DNA of 64,000 nucleotides from Nitrospiraceae bacterium. GTDB taxonomy: Bacteria > Nitrospirota > Nitrospiria > Nitrospirales > Nitrospiraceae. The position numbers and the translations under genes are program-made. Below the pieces are notes generated by a model. It had not been told where the DNA came from and did no database searches. It saw nothing but the letters and a program-made list of their open reading frames with translations. Location of the stretch: NCBI GenBank assembly GCA_050246315.1, contig JBFWWG010000006.1, positions 128,001-192,000 on the forward strand, read 5' to 3'. Positions 40,948 through 51,205 of the stretch are shown here, one piece after another. Numbering within the stretch: the stretch's first letter is position 1; every line of letters begins with the position of its first letter.

Positions 40948-41238
40948 CTAACAGGATGATCAAACAGGTTGTCCTTCTCACCCGCCCACCCCGGCGCGCC
41001 ACCTCATTGCGCTCGTGCATGGGACACCTGTCATGAGATTTCCAGCAGGATGATTCAAAAGGCCCGTCAGCGCGGCCGCAGAGCTCGTCGAACCCCTAGA
41101 AATCTCATAGACGAAGAACGCTCAAAACGGTTCCCCAGTGAGGCCGCAAGGAGCGAAAACCACGAGGCGTAGCCTTTTCCTACGTTGAGAGGTTTGAGCG
41201 ACTGAGAACAAAACTGGGGGTCGTTTTCAGCGTTCTTC
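40948..41238. repeat. Cluster of MITE family B fragments between cysD and cysN
   Basis: CAGGATG ends, GCGCGGCCGCAG core; unit 41113-41238 with 16/17 TIR. Confidence 0.65.
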
Positions 41239-41239
41239 A

Positions 41240-42037
41240 TCACATGTATCCGTCCTTGCGAAGCATCTCCATGCCCCGCCCCTCGTCCTGCGCCCGGCCC
41301 GCCCGCTCTGCGGTCTTGGTGCGCCGCAGCTCATCGATAATGTCATCGACAGTCTTGGCGGTCGAACGGATGGGAGCGGTGCAGGGTGCGCAGCCCAAGC
41401 TGCGATACCGGATGCCCTCCCCTCTGTCGAGGTAGAGATCGATGAATGGAATGCTCTCCAACTTGATGTATTCCCAAATGTTGACTTCCGTCCAATCCAA
41501 CAGCGGATGGATGCGGATATGGGTGCCAGGCGGGAACGATGTTTTGAATTGATCCCACAGTTCGGGCGGCTGCTCCCGGAAGTCCCACTCTCCATGCTTG
41601 TCTCGGGGGGAAAAATACCGCTCTTTGGCCCTGGTGGCCTCTTCGTCGGCTCGTACGCCGAGAATAATCCCGGTGTAGCCGTTTTTCTCGATGAGCTGCT
41701 TCAGCCCGTTCGTTTTCAACGCCGTGCAGCAGACCTGCCGCCCCAGCGTGTGGTTCATACCGGCTGCCAACGCTTCCGTGTTCTGCCCCACCACCAGATT
41801 GAGCCGCCACTCGCGGGCCAACCGGTCACGGTATTCGATCATGGCTGGAATTTTGAAACTCGTGTCCACATGGAGCAGAGGAAACGGGACATGCCCGAAA
41901 AAGGCTTTGCGCGCCAGCCACAAGAGCACGGTCGAATCCTTCCCCATCGACCAGAGCATCGCCAGATTGTCGAAGTGCTTGTAGGCCTCTCGGAGAATGA
42001 ACACGCTCTGATCTTCCAGTTGCCGGAGATGCTTCAT
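41240..42037 (-). CDS. cysD: Sulfate adenylyltransferase subunit 2
   Basis: [29 protein letters not shown]-terminus. Confidence 0.95.
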   Translation of the reverse strand: MKHLRQLEDQSVFILREAYKHFDNLAMLWSMGKDSTVLLWLARKAFFGHVPFPLLHVDTSFKIPAMIEYRDRLAREWRLNLVVGQNTEALAAGMNHTLGRQVCCTALKTNGLKQLIEKNGYTGIILGVRADEEATRAKERYFSPRDKHGEWDFREQPPELWDQFKTSFPPGTHIRIHPLLDWTEVNIWEYIKLESIPFIDLYLDRGEGIRYRSLGCAPCTAPIRSTAKTVDDIIDELRRTKTAERAGRAQDEGRGMEMLRKDGYM

Positions 42038-42061
42038 CGATGGTGTCCCTTTCGCCCGCTC

Positions 42062-43120
42062 CTACCCAGTCCGCACTCGCGATCCAGGAGTCGCCGCACC
42101 GATCTCTGCCAATGCCCGCAGCTTGTCACGCGCCGCCCCGCGATCGATCATCTCGTTCGCCAACGGCACTCCTACGGCAATTGAAGGGATCACGCCGCTT
42201 CCATACAGCAGCATGGCGGCATTCAGCACCACCCAATCCCGCGGCCCGCCCTTGACTTCGCCCTGGAGAATCTTCACGAGCAGCGCGGCCTCTTGTTGCC
42301 GCTGCGACGGTGCGAAACCGGCCATGTCTCGCGTGGTACCCAGCGACAGGCCCACATCTTTCGGGTGGAGCGCCACGGGAATGAGCCTGCCGTCCCGTAG
42401 CTCGACAATCCGGGTCAGCGATGCGATCGACAGCTCCGGCTCGCCTTCCACTCCTCGCATGACCATGGCGTGGGATGCGCCCAACATATTCATGGCCTCC
42501 ACCGTCTTGTCGAAATAAGGTGGATGGGCCATGCCGATCACCTGGCAGCGGGCCCGCGCCGGATTGATCATGCGCGCCACCGGATGAAAACAATTCCGCA
42601 ACCCCAACTCCCGGCGAAGGTCGAGAAATCGCGCCAATGGAGGATGGTAGTTCGCCATGTCGAGATACGCGAACCCCTTGGCGAGCAGCGCTTCGCTCAC
42701 CGCCAAGGGTCCAAGGTCGGTGGGAATGCCCAACTGACCCAATACCGCCATGGGGCCAGGCCGCTCCGGCGTCCCTTCCCACCCATGCACGAGTACGGAC
42801 GCGCCGGCCGAGGCCGCTACAATAGCCGCGCCGACGCCCGCGTAAAAGGTGTCGCGTTTGCCCGCGTAGCAGGGCACGTCCACCATATTCAGACCGGCAA
42901 GGCCGGCAAGCGGCGGAACATATTGGCGCGCCACCGCGGTAAAGGCGGCCAATTCGCCGACTGATTCTCCCTTCATCCGCATGGCCATCAAAAAGGCCCC
43001 GGTCTGGGCCGGAGTGGCCGTCCCCTCGATCAGCAGGCTCATCGCCTGCTTGGCCTCGTCCCAGGTCAAATCTTTGGAGGTCTTGGCCCCCTTTCCCACC
43101 TTGGCGATGAAGGTCTGCAT
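42062..43120 (-). CDS. Anthranilate phosphoribosyltransferase-like (TrpD2/YbiB) protein
   Basis: GKGAKTSKDL, GAFLMAMRMKGES, LRRELGLRN, RGVEGE. Confidence 0.82.
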   Translation of the reverse strand: MQTFIAKVGKGAKTSKDLTWDEAKQAMSLLIEGTATPAQTGAFLMAMRMKGESVGELAAFTAVARQYVPPLAGLAGLNMVDVPCYAGKRDTFYAGVGAAIVAASAGASVLVHGWEGTPERPGPMAVLGQLGIPTDLGPLAVSEALLAKGFAYLDMANYHPPLARFLDLRRELGLRNCFHPVARMINPARARCQVIGMAHPPYFDKTVEAMNMLGASHAMVMRGVEGEPELSIASLTRIVELRDGRLIPVALHPKDVGLSLGTTRDMAGFAPSQRQQEAALLVKILQGEVKGGPRDWVVLNAAMLLYGSGVIPSIAVGVPLANEMIDRGAARDKLRALAEIGAATPGSRVRTG

Positions 43121-43533
43121 CAAAACGCCACCACCTGGTCGGCCGCACTGATACCTTCCTTCCAAAAGGCATCCAATCCCTGCACCTCGTCAATCTCGGC
43201 GATGACCTGATCCACAGTGATGTCGAAGTAGGCCAGCGAATCACGGCAGATGGAAAATTTCACGTCGCCTTGTTCCTTCATCCCGCGGATCAGCGCGGCC
43301 AGATCATGCCGCTGTTGCTCCTTCAGCAGATTCTTCACGCGCGTTTCTCGCCCACGATAGGCGTCAGAAAACGGGATGTCGCGGACCTTATCCTTGGTCA
43401 TGCGGGAGGCCGCTTCATCTCGGAAGAGCACGCTGACCTGTACGCCATGTTGCGTGGCCGCACCGGCGAACTCCAGCGCCTGCAGCAGCCGGTTGTATGT
43501 CCCGGTGGTCACGAGGACGGCGAGTTTTTTCAC
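43120..43533 (-). CDS. DsrE-like protein
   Basis: KKLAVLVT...VSVLF..EA...VKFSIC pattern. Confidence 0.7.
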   Translation of the reverse strand: MKKLAVLVTTGTYNRLLQALEFAGAATQHGVQVSVLFRDEAASRMTKDKVRDIPFSDAYRGRETRVKNLLKEQQRHDLAALIRGMKEQGDVKFSICRDSLAYFDITVDQVIAEIDEVQGLDAFWKEGISAADQVVAF

Positions 43534-43585
43534 GAGACGCGCCTCTGGTTCTCACTCATTGGATGCTCGGACAGGATGATGCCGG

Positions 43586-44305
43586 TTACTTGTGGAGCCC
43601 GCACTCGGTCTTGCCGAGATGCTTCCATCGTCCGGAGCGCGGATCTTCCCCGTTGCCCACCGGAGCCGTGCAATGAGTACAGCCGATGCTCGGATAATTC
43701 CTATCATGCAGCGCATTGTACGGGACCTCGTGCAGACGAACATAGGTCCATACCTCGTCGCTCGTCCAACGGGCCAACGGATTGACCTTGACCAACTCGA
43801 ATTTCCGATCCCACTCGATGATGCCGGCCCCGGCCCTCGTCGGAGCCTGGTCCCGGCGAATGCCCGTGATCCATGCCCGGTAATCCCTGAGCACGCGCGT
43901 CAGCGGTTCGATCTTGCGCAGACCGCAGCATCGATCCGCCCCCTCCGGCCTCTGAGCCCACAGGGCCTCTCCATATTGACGGGCCTGAGCCTCAGGCGTC
44001 AGTAACGGCCTCATCCGGATGACCTGGTCCGGCTTGAGCCCGTACCGCTCGATGATGCGGTCCCGTACATCATAGGTCTCAGGAAACAGAAAATCCGTAT
44101 CCAGATAAAACAGTGGCGTGGAGGGATCGATCCGGTGGATCATGTCGATCAAGGCCACGTCTTCCAGTCCGAAACTACAGGCGAGGACGATTCGAGGCGC
44201 ATAGCGCGGCAACACCTCGACTAACACCTCCCACGGTTGTTTCGACTCGAGCGAGTCGCTCAGCTCCTTCAACTCTCTCTCCGATGGTCTGACCGGTTCC
44301 GTCAT
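43586..44305 (-). CDS. cysH: APS/PAPS reductase, Fe-S (APS-type)
   Basis: CCGLRK, SIGCTHCT, RSGRW, ECGLH. Confidence 0.93.
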   Translation of the reverse strand: MTEPVRPSERELKELSDSLESKQPWEVLVEVLPRYAPRIVLACSFGLEDVALIDMIHRIDPSTPLFYLDTDFLFPETYDVRDRIIERYGLKPDQVIRMRPLLTPEAQARQYGEALWAQRPEGADRCCGLRKIEPLTRVLRDYRAWITGIRRDQAPTRAGAGIIEWDRKFELVKVNPLARWTSDEVWTYVRLHEVPYNALHDRNYPSIGCTHCTAPVGNGEDPRSGRWKHLGKTECGLHK

Positions 44306-44445
44306 CGTTCGCCTCTGCCCGCTTCAAGCCATCTGGACCGGCATCGGCCCCGATCGCATCGATCGTCAATGGTCACTGGTCAGTAGCACCACGAGCCGGG
44401 CGTCCACTCTCACCGAGTGACCACTGACTGATGAACATTGACCCA

Positions 44446-46956
44446 TCATGCCTCCACCTTCTCAACCAGGATCTTGAAGTGCGCCGCCGGCGCGTTCGGC
44501 ACGTCCGGATCGAGCGGCTGCTCCGATAACACCCTGTGCCCGTCGTTGCGCAAACTCATCGGGACATTGCGAATCGGCTCTCCGGCGTCCAACCAGACCT
44601 CGAGTCGCTCACCGGTCTCCATCATTTCGAGTTTGAGCTTGGTCTTGACATAGTTCATCGGGCAGGCAACCCCACGAAGATCGTAGACCGGTGCCGCAGA
44701 GCGCTCCGACGCCGGCGCAGCGCTCACCGCCGCCTCCCCGGTGTCTGCCTGCGTCGAGGATAAATCTGTCGCGGACGCTTTCAGTTTCAGATCCTTTCCA
44801 ATCCCCTCCGTGGCGTTGCGGCACGCGTCGATGAACCCCTTGGCAAAATCGAGCCGTGCCCGTGCGAATTCCGCAGTGGCGTCCTTCGGTCCGAGATCGC
44901 CGCAGCGTTCCTGCAAATTCCGGTAGGCAGGAGGGATCACCCCCTTGCTGGCCAGCCGAGACTCGAACTCGCGGAATGTGTCGACATCGGTCGCCGGTTC
45001 GATGCCCTCTGTCACGAGAAGCGCTTTGGCGCAGGCGAGGATGGCCCGGTAGGCCTTATTGACGGCCACCGGATACTGATGTTTTTCCAACAGCAATGTC
45101 GCCTGGTAACACTCCTGCTCGGCCTCCAGCATTTGGTTGTCGATCAATTCGAGAGCGCCGCCGGCGCACTCTCCCGGCCCCAAGTCCTCGAGCACAAATT
45201 CTTTCTCCCCTTCCCAATCATAATAGTAGGTCGCGTCCTCCTCGAACGACGGGAGAATCGTGTGGGGAATCAATGCATCCTTGAGCTTGGCCTTGCCGAC
45301 CCGAGCGACAAAGGTCGGTAAGGTTTCGGTACCCTGACGGTCCCGGCGGAAGACCTCGATCAGATGTGCCACCGCCGCCGGCACGTTCTTCGCCGGCAGT
45401 TTGACGACGAGTTGGCCGATACGGGCCGTGCCGTTCACCGCGCCTCCGATGTGCAACTCATAATGCGGCGCGGTATGGTCCCCGATGCGCTTACCGACAC
45501 CGTGCAGCCCGATCGTGGCAATGTGGTGCTGGGCACACGAATTGTGGCAACCGCTGATCTTGATGCTGGTGCCCTTGAGATCGTCGGGGACGGAGCCCGC
45601 GGGGAACACTTCCGCCAAGGCTCTCGCCAGACCCTTCGACGAGGTGATCCCGAGGCCACAGGTATCCGTGCCGGGGCAGGCCACGATGTCCTCCACGAGT
45701 TCCGCTCCCGGTTCGGCGAGCCCGTGCGCGGCCAGCAGATCATAGAGAGCAGGTAATCTTGAGTCCGGCACCCAGCGGATAATGAGATTCTGACTGATCG
45801 TGGTCCGTAGATTGCCGTTCGCGAACTGCTCGGCAGCATCGGCCAGAATGTACATCTGATCGACGGTGGCATCTCCCATGGGAAGTTTGACAAACACGGC
45901 CGCGTAGCCCGGCTGTTTTTGGGCCAAGACGTTGGTGCGTCTCCATCGGTCATAGGCTTCGACTTCTGTGAGATGCGCGCCCGACACATGCCCGTTGCCA
46001 TGGCCACCGGTCTGCCCGCCATTTCTGGACGGCATGATCAGCGGACCCGGATCATCCCGATACTCAAGCACGCGGAGGGGTTCCGTCCGAACAGCTCCGT
46101 GCGTCATCGAGGCATAGGCCGCTTCCCAACGCCGCTTGAACTCGTCGAACCCGAGCTTGTCGATGACGAATTTCATCCTCGCCTTGTGCCGGTTCTTGCG
46201 GTTGCCGAGTTGGTCGAACACCTTGATCACCGCCTCGATCGTGGGAATCAATTCGGGCATCGGCACGAAGTCGCGCAACACCTGCGCGATGCGCGGCGTC
46301 GATCCAAGCCCTCCGCCGACGACCATCCGAAACCCGATATCGCCGTTGGAGTGTCGCGCTGCGAGCAATCCGATATCGTGAATCGGCGTCAAGGCGCAGT
46401 CATGGGCACAGCCGGAAAGGGCGATCTTGAACTTCCGCGGCAGGCTCTGGGTCAACGGGTTGCGCAGGAGATGCAGCGCGACGGTCTTGGCGTAGGGCGT
46501 GACGTCGAAGACCTCACCGGCGCAGACCCCTGCCAGGTGGCAGGCCGTGACGTTGCGGACGGTATTGGCGCAGGCTTCCCTCGTCGTGAGACCGACTTCG
46601 GCCAAACCGCGCATCATCGTGCCGACATGCTTCAGTTCGGCATAATGGAGTTGGATGTCTTGTCTGGTCGTCACATGGGCGACCCCTGTCGTGTAATGCT
46701 CGGCCAACTCGGCAATCCGACGTAATTGGTTGCCGGTCAGCCCACCGAACGGAATCTTGATGCGAAACATTTGGACGCCGGGTTGCCGTTGTCCATAGAT
46801 CCCATGCTGGAGGCGGAAGGGTTTGAAGAGATCGCCGGACAGGTCGCCCGACAGCACCCGTTGCGCCTCGATCTCGAAGGCTTCAATCTCTTCGAGAATA
46901 TTCTGTGGAATGGGCGTGGTCTGTACTGGCACGCGTTGTATGGTGGCTGTGGTCAT
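44446..46956 (-). CDS. sir: Siroheme sulfite reductase fused to HEPN-like and TusA/SirA domains
   Basis: LPRKFK, CPGTDTC, SGCHNSC; C-terminal DLRGVACPMN. Confidence 0.88.
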   Translation of the reverse strand: MTTATIQRVPVQTTPIPQNILEEIEAFEIEAQRVLSGDLSGDLFKPFRLQHGIYGQRQPGVQMFRIKIPFGGLTGNQLRRIAELAEHYTTGVAHVTTRQDIQLHYAELKHVGTMMRGLAEVGLTTREACANTVRNVTACHLAGVCAGEVFDVTPYAKTVALHLLRNPLTQSLPRKFKIALSGCAHDCALTPIHDIGLLAARHSNGDIGFRMVVGGGLGSTPRIAQVLRDFVPMPELIPTIEAVIKVFDQLGNRKNRHKARMKFVIDKLGFDEFKRRWEAAYASMTHGAVRTEPLRVLEYRDDPGPLIMPSRNGGQTGGHGNGHVSGAHLTEVEAYDRWRRTNVLAQKQPGYAAVFVKLPMGDATVDQMYILADAAEQFANGNLRTTISQNLIIRWVPDSRLPALYDLLAAHGLAEPGAELVEDIVACPGTDTCGLGITSSKGLARALAEVFPAGSVPDDLKGTSIKISGCHNSCAQHHIATIGLHGVGKRIGDHTAPHYELHIGGAVNGTARIGQLVVKLPAKNVPAAVAHLIEVFRRDRQGTETLPTFVARVGKAKLKDALIPHTILPSFEEDATYYYDWEGEKEFVLEDLGPGECAGGALELIDNQMLEAEQECYQATLLLEKHQYPVAVNKAYRAILACAKALLVTEGIEPATDVDTFREFESRLASKGVIPPAYRNLQERCGDLGPKDATAEFARARLDFAKGFIDACRNATEGIGKDLKLKASATDLSSTQADTGEAAVSAAPASERSAAPVYDLRGVACPMNYVKTKLKLEMMETGERLEVWLDAGEPIRNVPMSLRNDGHRVLSEQPLDPDVPNAPAAHFKILVEKVEA

Positions 46957-47020
46957 CGTCGTCCCTCTCGGCGCCATGAGATACAGGCGCGCATCCGCCG
47001 CAATCGTCCGTCGATCGCGA

Positions 47021-47467
47021 CTAAATGTGGTACATCTGGCTGTCCGCCCGGTGGGTCATTCGATAGCGATCAATCAATTCTTGAAGCGTGATGCGGTTGA
47101 GCACGTCATTTTCCGCCTGGCGAAGTCGCTCCGTCACGACACGGAGCAGCCCATCGATCTGACTGGGTCCGTGCAGGTGCGCCGGCCCCCTTGCTGCCAT
47201 CCGTCCTACGATCGGACCTTCGACAGATTCCACGATTTGCGCCAGGGAAATTTCAGCCGGTTGCTTCACCAAGAGATAGCCCCCTTGCGCTCCGCGCACA
47301 CTGTCAATCAGGCCCGCCCGCTTCATCGCATTCAGCACATGTTCCAGAAAGCGCGCAGGGATGGATTGTCGCCGCGCGATGGTTCGAGCCTGAACCGGGT
47401 TGGATCCGCCGTAGAGCGCCAGGTCGATGATGACCAAAATCGCGTAATTGATTCGCTTACTTATCAT
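47021..47467 (-). CDS. Rrf2 family regulator, CymR-like
   Basis: SVRGAQGGY; no Cys; C-terminal MYHI. Confidence 0.88.
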   Translation of the reverse strand: MISKRINYAILVIIDLALYGGSNPVQARTIARRQSIPARFLEHVLNAMKRAGLIDSVRGAQGGYLLVKQPAEISLAQIVESVEGPIVGRMAARGPAHLHGPSQIDGLLRVVTERLRQAENDVLNRITLQELIDRYRMTHRADSQMYHI

Positions 47468-47475
47468 GCAATGAG

Positions 47476-47504
47476 ATAAATCCTACATATCCGATAGAGA
47501 TTAT
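47476..47504. promoter_or_regulatory. Putative Rrf2 operator
   Basis: AT-rich imperfect palindrome ATAAATCCTAC-N7-ATAGAGATTAT just upstream of Rrf2 start. Confidence 0.4.
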
Positions 47505-47997
47505 TTTACCATGAGGAGCCTAGCGTATCGTCATGAGAGCTGTCAAGACACCCATGGCCAGGATCGGATCACGATGAACTCACCAGACCAAACTTGCCGC
47601 CTCAAGAAGGGATGCCACGTCACGTTCTCCACACTGCTGTCTGAACCAAGGTGACAACCTGGACGTACCTTCTAGATCGCCCACCGATCGACTCGATCTT
47701 GTGCGCCTTTACGGCATCGACTTCGGCTTGAGAATTCTGTCAGGCGCCACGACACCGACTCCCGACGATCCATTTTGCGACTCACGTTGTGCTCATGATG
47801 GTGCCGGTTGATACGGAAATACGTCCAATTCCAAGTTGTTGAGATGCCTGTGCGCCCGCTTGTCCTGTTGGTTTGCGGCGATCACTCAAGGATCACCGTT
47901 TGAGGCTCGTGGTTGTATCGGCGCACAAGATTCCGAATTGACAACGTACCGGAGGTGGGACATAATCCCGCCCTCTTCTGCTGCTGGAATCCACACC

Positions 47998-48585
47998 ATG
48001 GTTCGTGCCGTACCCCTGAATCTGCTGCTCGTGACTTCAGATGCGGACCTGCAAGCACAGGTCAAACGCACGTTCAAGGAAGCGACGGTCACGCATGCGA
48101 AGGAAGTCGGGGGGCTGTCACGGCTGCTCCCCAAGAAACGGTTCGATGTGGCTTTAGTCGAAGGCACAACCAATGCCTTTGCCGAACCGGGGCCGCTCAA
48201 GACAATTGTCGATTCGCACAAGACGCTCGTCGTCGCAGGATCGCGACAGTCTCTGCAGCAAGCCATCCAGTTCCTCCATGCATGGCCGGAAGCCCACAAC
48301 GGCCAGAAATCGAACGGATACGTGCTGTCGCTGGAGGAACTGATCGAGTCTAAAGTGGGGGACTTCGTCAGAGGCATGCGCCACGGCTCCGCGAAGAACC
48401 TCTATCCGGTACTCATGTCAGCCGTCGAACGTCCGTTGCTGACCCACGCACTTAAAGAAACCAATGGTAACCAAATTCAGGCTGCTCGATTGCTGGGGAT
48501 GAACCGCAATACGTTGCGGAAAAAAATCACGGCTCTACACATTGTCGTTTCTCGAACCAAATCCGTTCAGACCATCGCCAGCTAG
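47998..48585 (+). CDS. Fis-type HTH regulator with degenerate receiver-like N-terminus
   Basis: GNQIQAARLLGMNRNTLRKKI. Confidence 0.8.
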   Translation: MVRAVPLNLLLVTSDADLQAQVKRTFKEATVTHAKEVGGLSRLLPKKRFDVALVEGTTNAFAEPGPLKTIVDSHKTLVVAGSRQSLQQAIQFLHAWPEAHNGQKSNGYVLSLEELIESKVGDFVRGMRHGSAKNLYPVLMSAVERPLLTHALKETNGNQIQAARLLGMNRNTLRKKITALHIVVSRTKSVQTIAS

Positions 48586-48691
48586 GCTCCGGCCTGTGGC
48601 CTGAGTTTCATATCACCATTAACCCGTGAGGACGTCCCCATTGAGAGTAATGGGGAGAACCCCTCGTGGCGTGTGACGGGAGGAATGAGCG

Positions 48692-48964
48692 ATGACCAAA
48701 GAGGAACTGATCGCGAAGATGTCGACATCGGCCGGCATTACCAAGGTGGCAGCCGGAACAGCCCTTGAGGCCTTCACCGCGGCGGTCTCGTCATCCTTGA
48801 AGAAGGGGCAACGCGTCAGCCTGGTGAATTTCGGCACGTTTTCCGTGAGCAAGCGAAAGGCCAGAACAGGTCGAAATCCGCGCACCGGCGAGCCGCTCAA
48901 GATCCCTGCCGCTCGCGTGCCAAAATTCTCTGCCGGTAAGGAACTGAAGGCTGCGGTGAGGTGA
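48692..48964 (+). CDS. hup: DNA-binding protein HU
   Basis: MTKEELI, FGTFSV, GRNPRTG. Confidence 0.93.
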   Translation: MTKEELIAKMSTSAGITKVAAGTALEAFTAAVSSSLKKGQRVSLVNFGTFSVSKRKARTGRNPRTGEPLKIPAARVPKFSAGKELKAAVR

Positions 48965-49102
48965 CATGACGCGTCCTTCCCGGGAACGGCGCTTCAACCG
49001 AGGCTGGAGCTGGAACAGATGTGTCGGAGAACGGGGCATCTTTCCAGTTCCAGTTTCTTGACACTCAAGAAGACCATGTATTAGCATTCCCCTTTGGATT
49101 CT

Positions 49103-49177
49103 AGGCGCGTAGCTCAGGGGGAGAGCGCTACCTTGACACGGTAGAGGTCGACGGTTCAAGACCGTCCGCGCCTACCA
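49103..49177 (+). tRNA. tRNA-Val(GAC)
   Basis: AGGCGCG...CGCGCCTACCA; anticodon arm CTACC-TTGACAC-GGTAG. Confidence 0.95.
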
Positions 49178-49253
49178 TGTAATCGCGGGCATCGAACCGC
49201 TGGTGCAGGTTCCGGTGCCTTTCTTCTTTTCCAGGCCATTTGTTTTGAGTTCA

Positions 49254-51179
49254 GTGCCGATCACAATCACCCTCCCAGACGGGTCTCGCCGACAGGTTCC
49301 GACTGGTTGCACGGTGCAGGAAGCCCTGGGCCAAGCGGGCGCGCACCTGGGCCAGACCATCCTCGCGGCCAAGGTGGACGGCCGCCCGGTGGACCTCTCT
49401 TCGATGCTGACGAAGGATGCGGCGATTGAGCCGCTCATGTTTGATTCGCCGGACGGCAGGGAAGTCTATCGACACAGCAGCACCCATATCATGGCGCAGG
49501 CGGTCAAGGAGGTCTTTCCAACCGCACAGTTGACCATCGGCCCGGCGCTCGAAGAGGGGTTTTACTACGACTTTGCGTTTGACCGGCCCTTTACACCGGA
49601 AGACCTGGAAAAGATCGAATCCCGCGCCAAGGAGATCATCGCGCGCGGTCTGACCGTCAAGAGGATCGAGCTGCCGAAGGAAGAGGCCGTGTCCTTCTTT
49701 CGCTCGAGGGGTGAGCACTATAAGGTCGAGATGATTCAGGGATTCGAGGACGGTCAGCCGATTTCGTTGTACAGCCAGGGAGAGTTCGTCGATCTTTGCC
49801 GCGGACCCCATCTTCCGACGACCGGACATGTCGGTGCCTTCAAGCTGCTCAGCACCGGGGGTGCCTACTGGCGCGGCGACGAACGGAATCCCATGTTGCA
49901 ACGGATTTACGGAACGTCGTTTCCGACCCAGGCGGACCTCGACGCTCATCTCCATAAATTGGAAGAGATCAAGCGGCGCGACCACCGGAAACTGGGAAAG
50001 GAGCTCGACCTGATCACCATCCAGGACGACATCGGCCCTGGATTGGTCCTCTGGCATCCCAAGGGCTCGTTGGTCCGGTTGCTGATTGAAAATTTCTGGA
50101 GAGAACAGCACCTGAAGCAGGGGTATCAGTTAGTCTACTCCCCGCACGTAGCCCGCCTCGACCTGTGGAAGACCAGCGGCCACGTCGACTATTATCGCGA
50201 GAGTATGTTCGCCTCGATGAAGGTGGAGAACAGCGAATACCAGCTCAAGCCGATGAACTGCCCCTTCCACATCATGATCTACAAGTCTCATCTCAGAAGC
50301 TACCGGGACTTGCCGATCCGTTACGGCGAACTGGGGACGGTCTACCGGTACGAGCGCACCGGTGTCTTGCACGGCCTCCTGCGCGTGCGCGGCTTCACCC
50401 AGGACGATGCCCATCTCTTTTGCCGACCGGACCAGATACAGGACGAAGTCAGTCGCGTGCTGGACTTCACCTTCTTCGTCCTCCGGACTTTCGGGTTCAC
50501 AGAGTATGAGGTCTTTCTCTCGACCAAACCGGAAAAGGCCGTCGGAACCGATGAGAACTGGGCCATCGCGACCGCCGCATTGGAGGCTGCGCTTCAGAGC
50601 CGGAACATCGCCTATCAGGTCGATCCCGGGGAAGGCGTGTTCTATGGGCCGAAGATCGACATTAAAATCAAGGACGTGCTGGGGCGCTCCTGGCAATGTT
50701 CGACTGTTCAGGTGGATTTCAACAACCCGATCCGGTTCGACTTGGCCTATACGGGTGAGGATGGCCGCCCGCACCAGCCGATCATGATCCATCGGGCACT
50801 GATGGGTTCGATCGAACGATTCTTCGGCATTCTGGTCGAGCACTACGCGGGGGCCTTCCCCACCTGGTTGGCGCCCGTCCAGGCCGTGATCCTGCCGATC
50901 TCCGAGAAGCAGCATGTCTATGCGGAAGCGTTGCGCGCCCAGTTATCGGAAGCCGGTTTTCGGGTCGAGGCGAATCTCCGCAACGAGAAGATCGGTCTCA
51001 AGATCCGCGAGGCGGAAACGTCCAAAATTCCCTATATGTTGGTCGTGGGAGATCGTGAAGTTCAGAGTGGTACGATCTCCGTGAGGGGGCGTCACAAGGC
51101 GGACTTGGGCAGCATGGCCGTTCCAAACCTGCTTGACATGTTGCGGGCGGACATGACACAACCCTCCGGCCGGTCTTAA
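49254..51179 (+). CDS. thrS: Threonyl-tRNA synthetase (GTG start inferred)
   Basis: TGS domain, DLCRGPH, RDHRKLG, KPMNCP, IHRA. Confidence 0.97.
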   Translation: MPITITLPDGSRRQVPTGCTVQEALGQAGAHLGQTILAAKVDGRPVDLSSMLTKDAAIEPLMFDSPDGREVYRHSSTHIMAQAVKEVFPTAQLTIGPALEEGFYYDFAFDRPFTPEDLEKIESRAKEIIARGLTVKRIELPKEEAVSFFRSRGEHYKVEMIQGFEDGQPISLYSQGEFVDLCRGPHLPTTGHVGAFKLLSTGGAYWRGDERNPMLQRIYGTSFPTQADLDAHLHKLEEIKRRDHRKLGKELDLITIQDDIGPGLVLWHPKGSLVRLLIENFWREQHLKQGYQLVYSPHVARLDLWKTSGHVDYYRESMFASMKVENSEYQLKPMNCPFHIMIYKSHLRSYRDLPIRYGELGTVYRYERTGVLHGLLRVRGFTQDDAHLFCRPDQIQDEVSRVLDFTFFVLRTFGFTEYEVFLSTKPEKAVGTDENWAIATAALEAALQSRNIAYQVDPGEGVFYGPKIDIKIKDVLGRSWQCSTVQVDFNNPIRFDLAYTGEDGRPHQPIMIHRALMGSIERFFGILVEHYAGAFPTWLAPVQAVILPISEKQHVYAEALRAQLSEAGFRVEANLRNEKIGLKIREAETSKIPYMLVVGDREVQSGTISVRGRHKADLGSMAVPNLLDMLRADMTQPSGRS

Positions 51180-51205
51180 TCCATCCACGTTCAAAGAGGT
51201 GGCTT

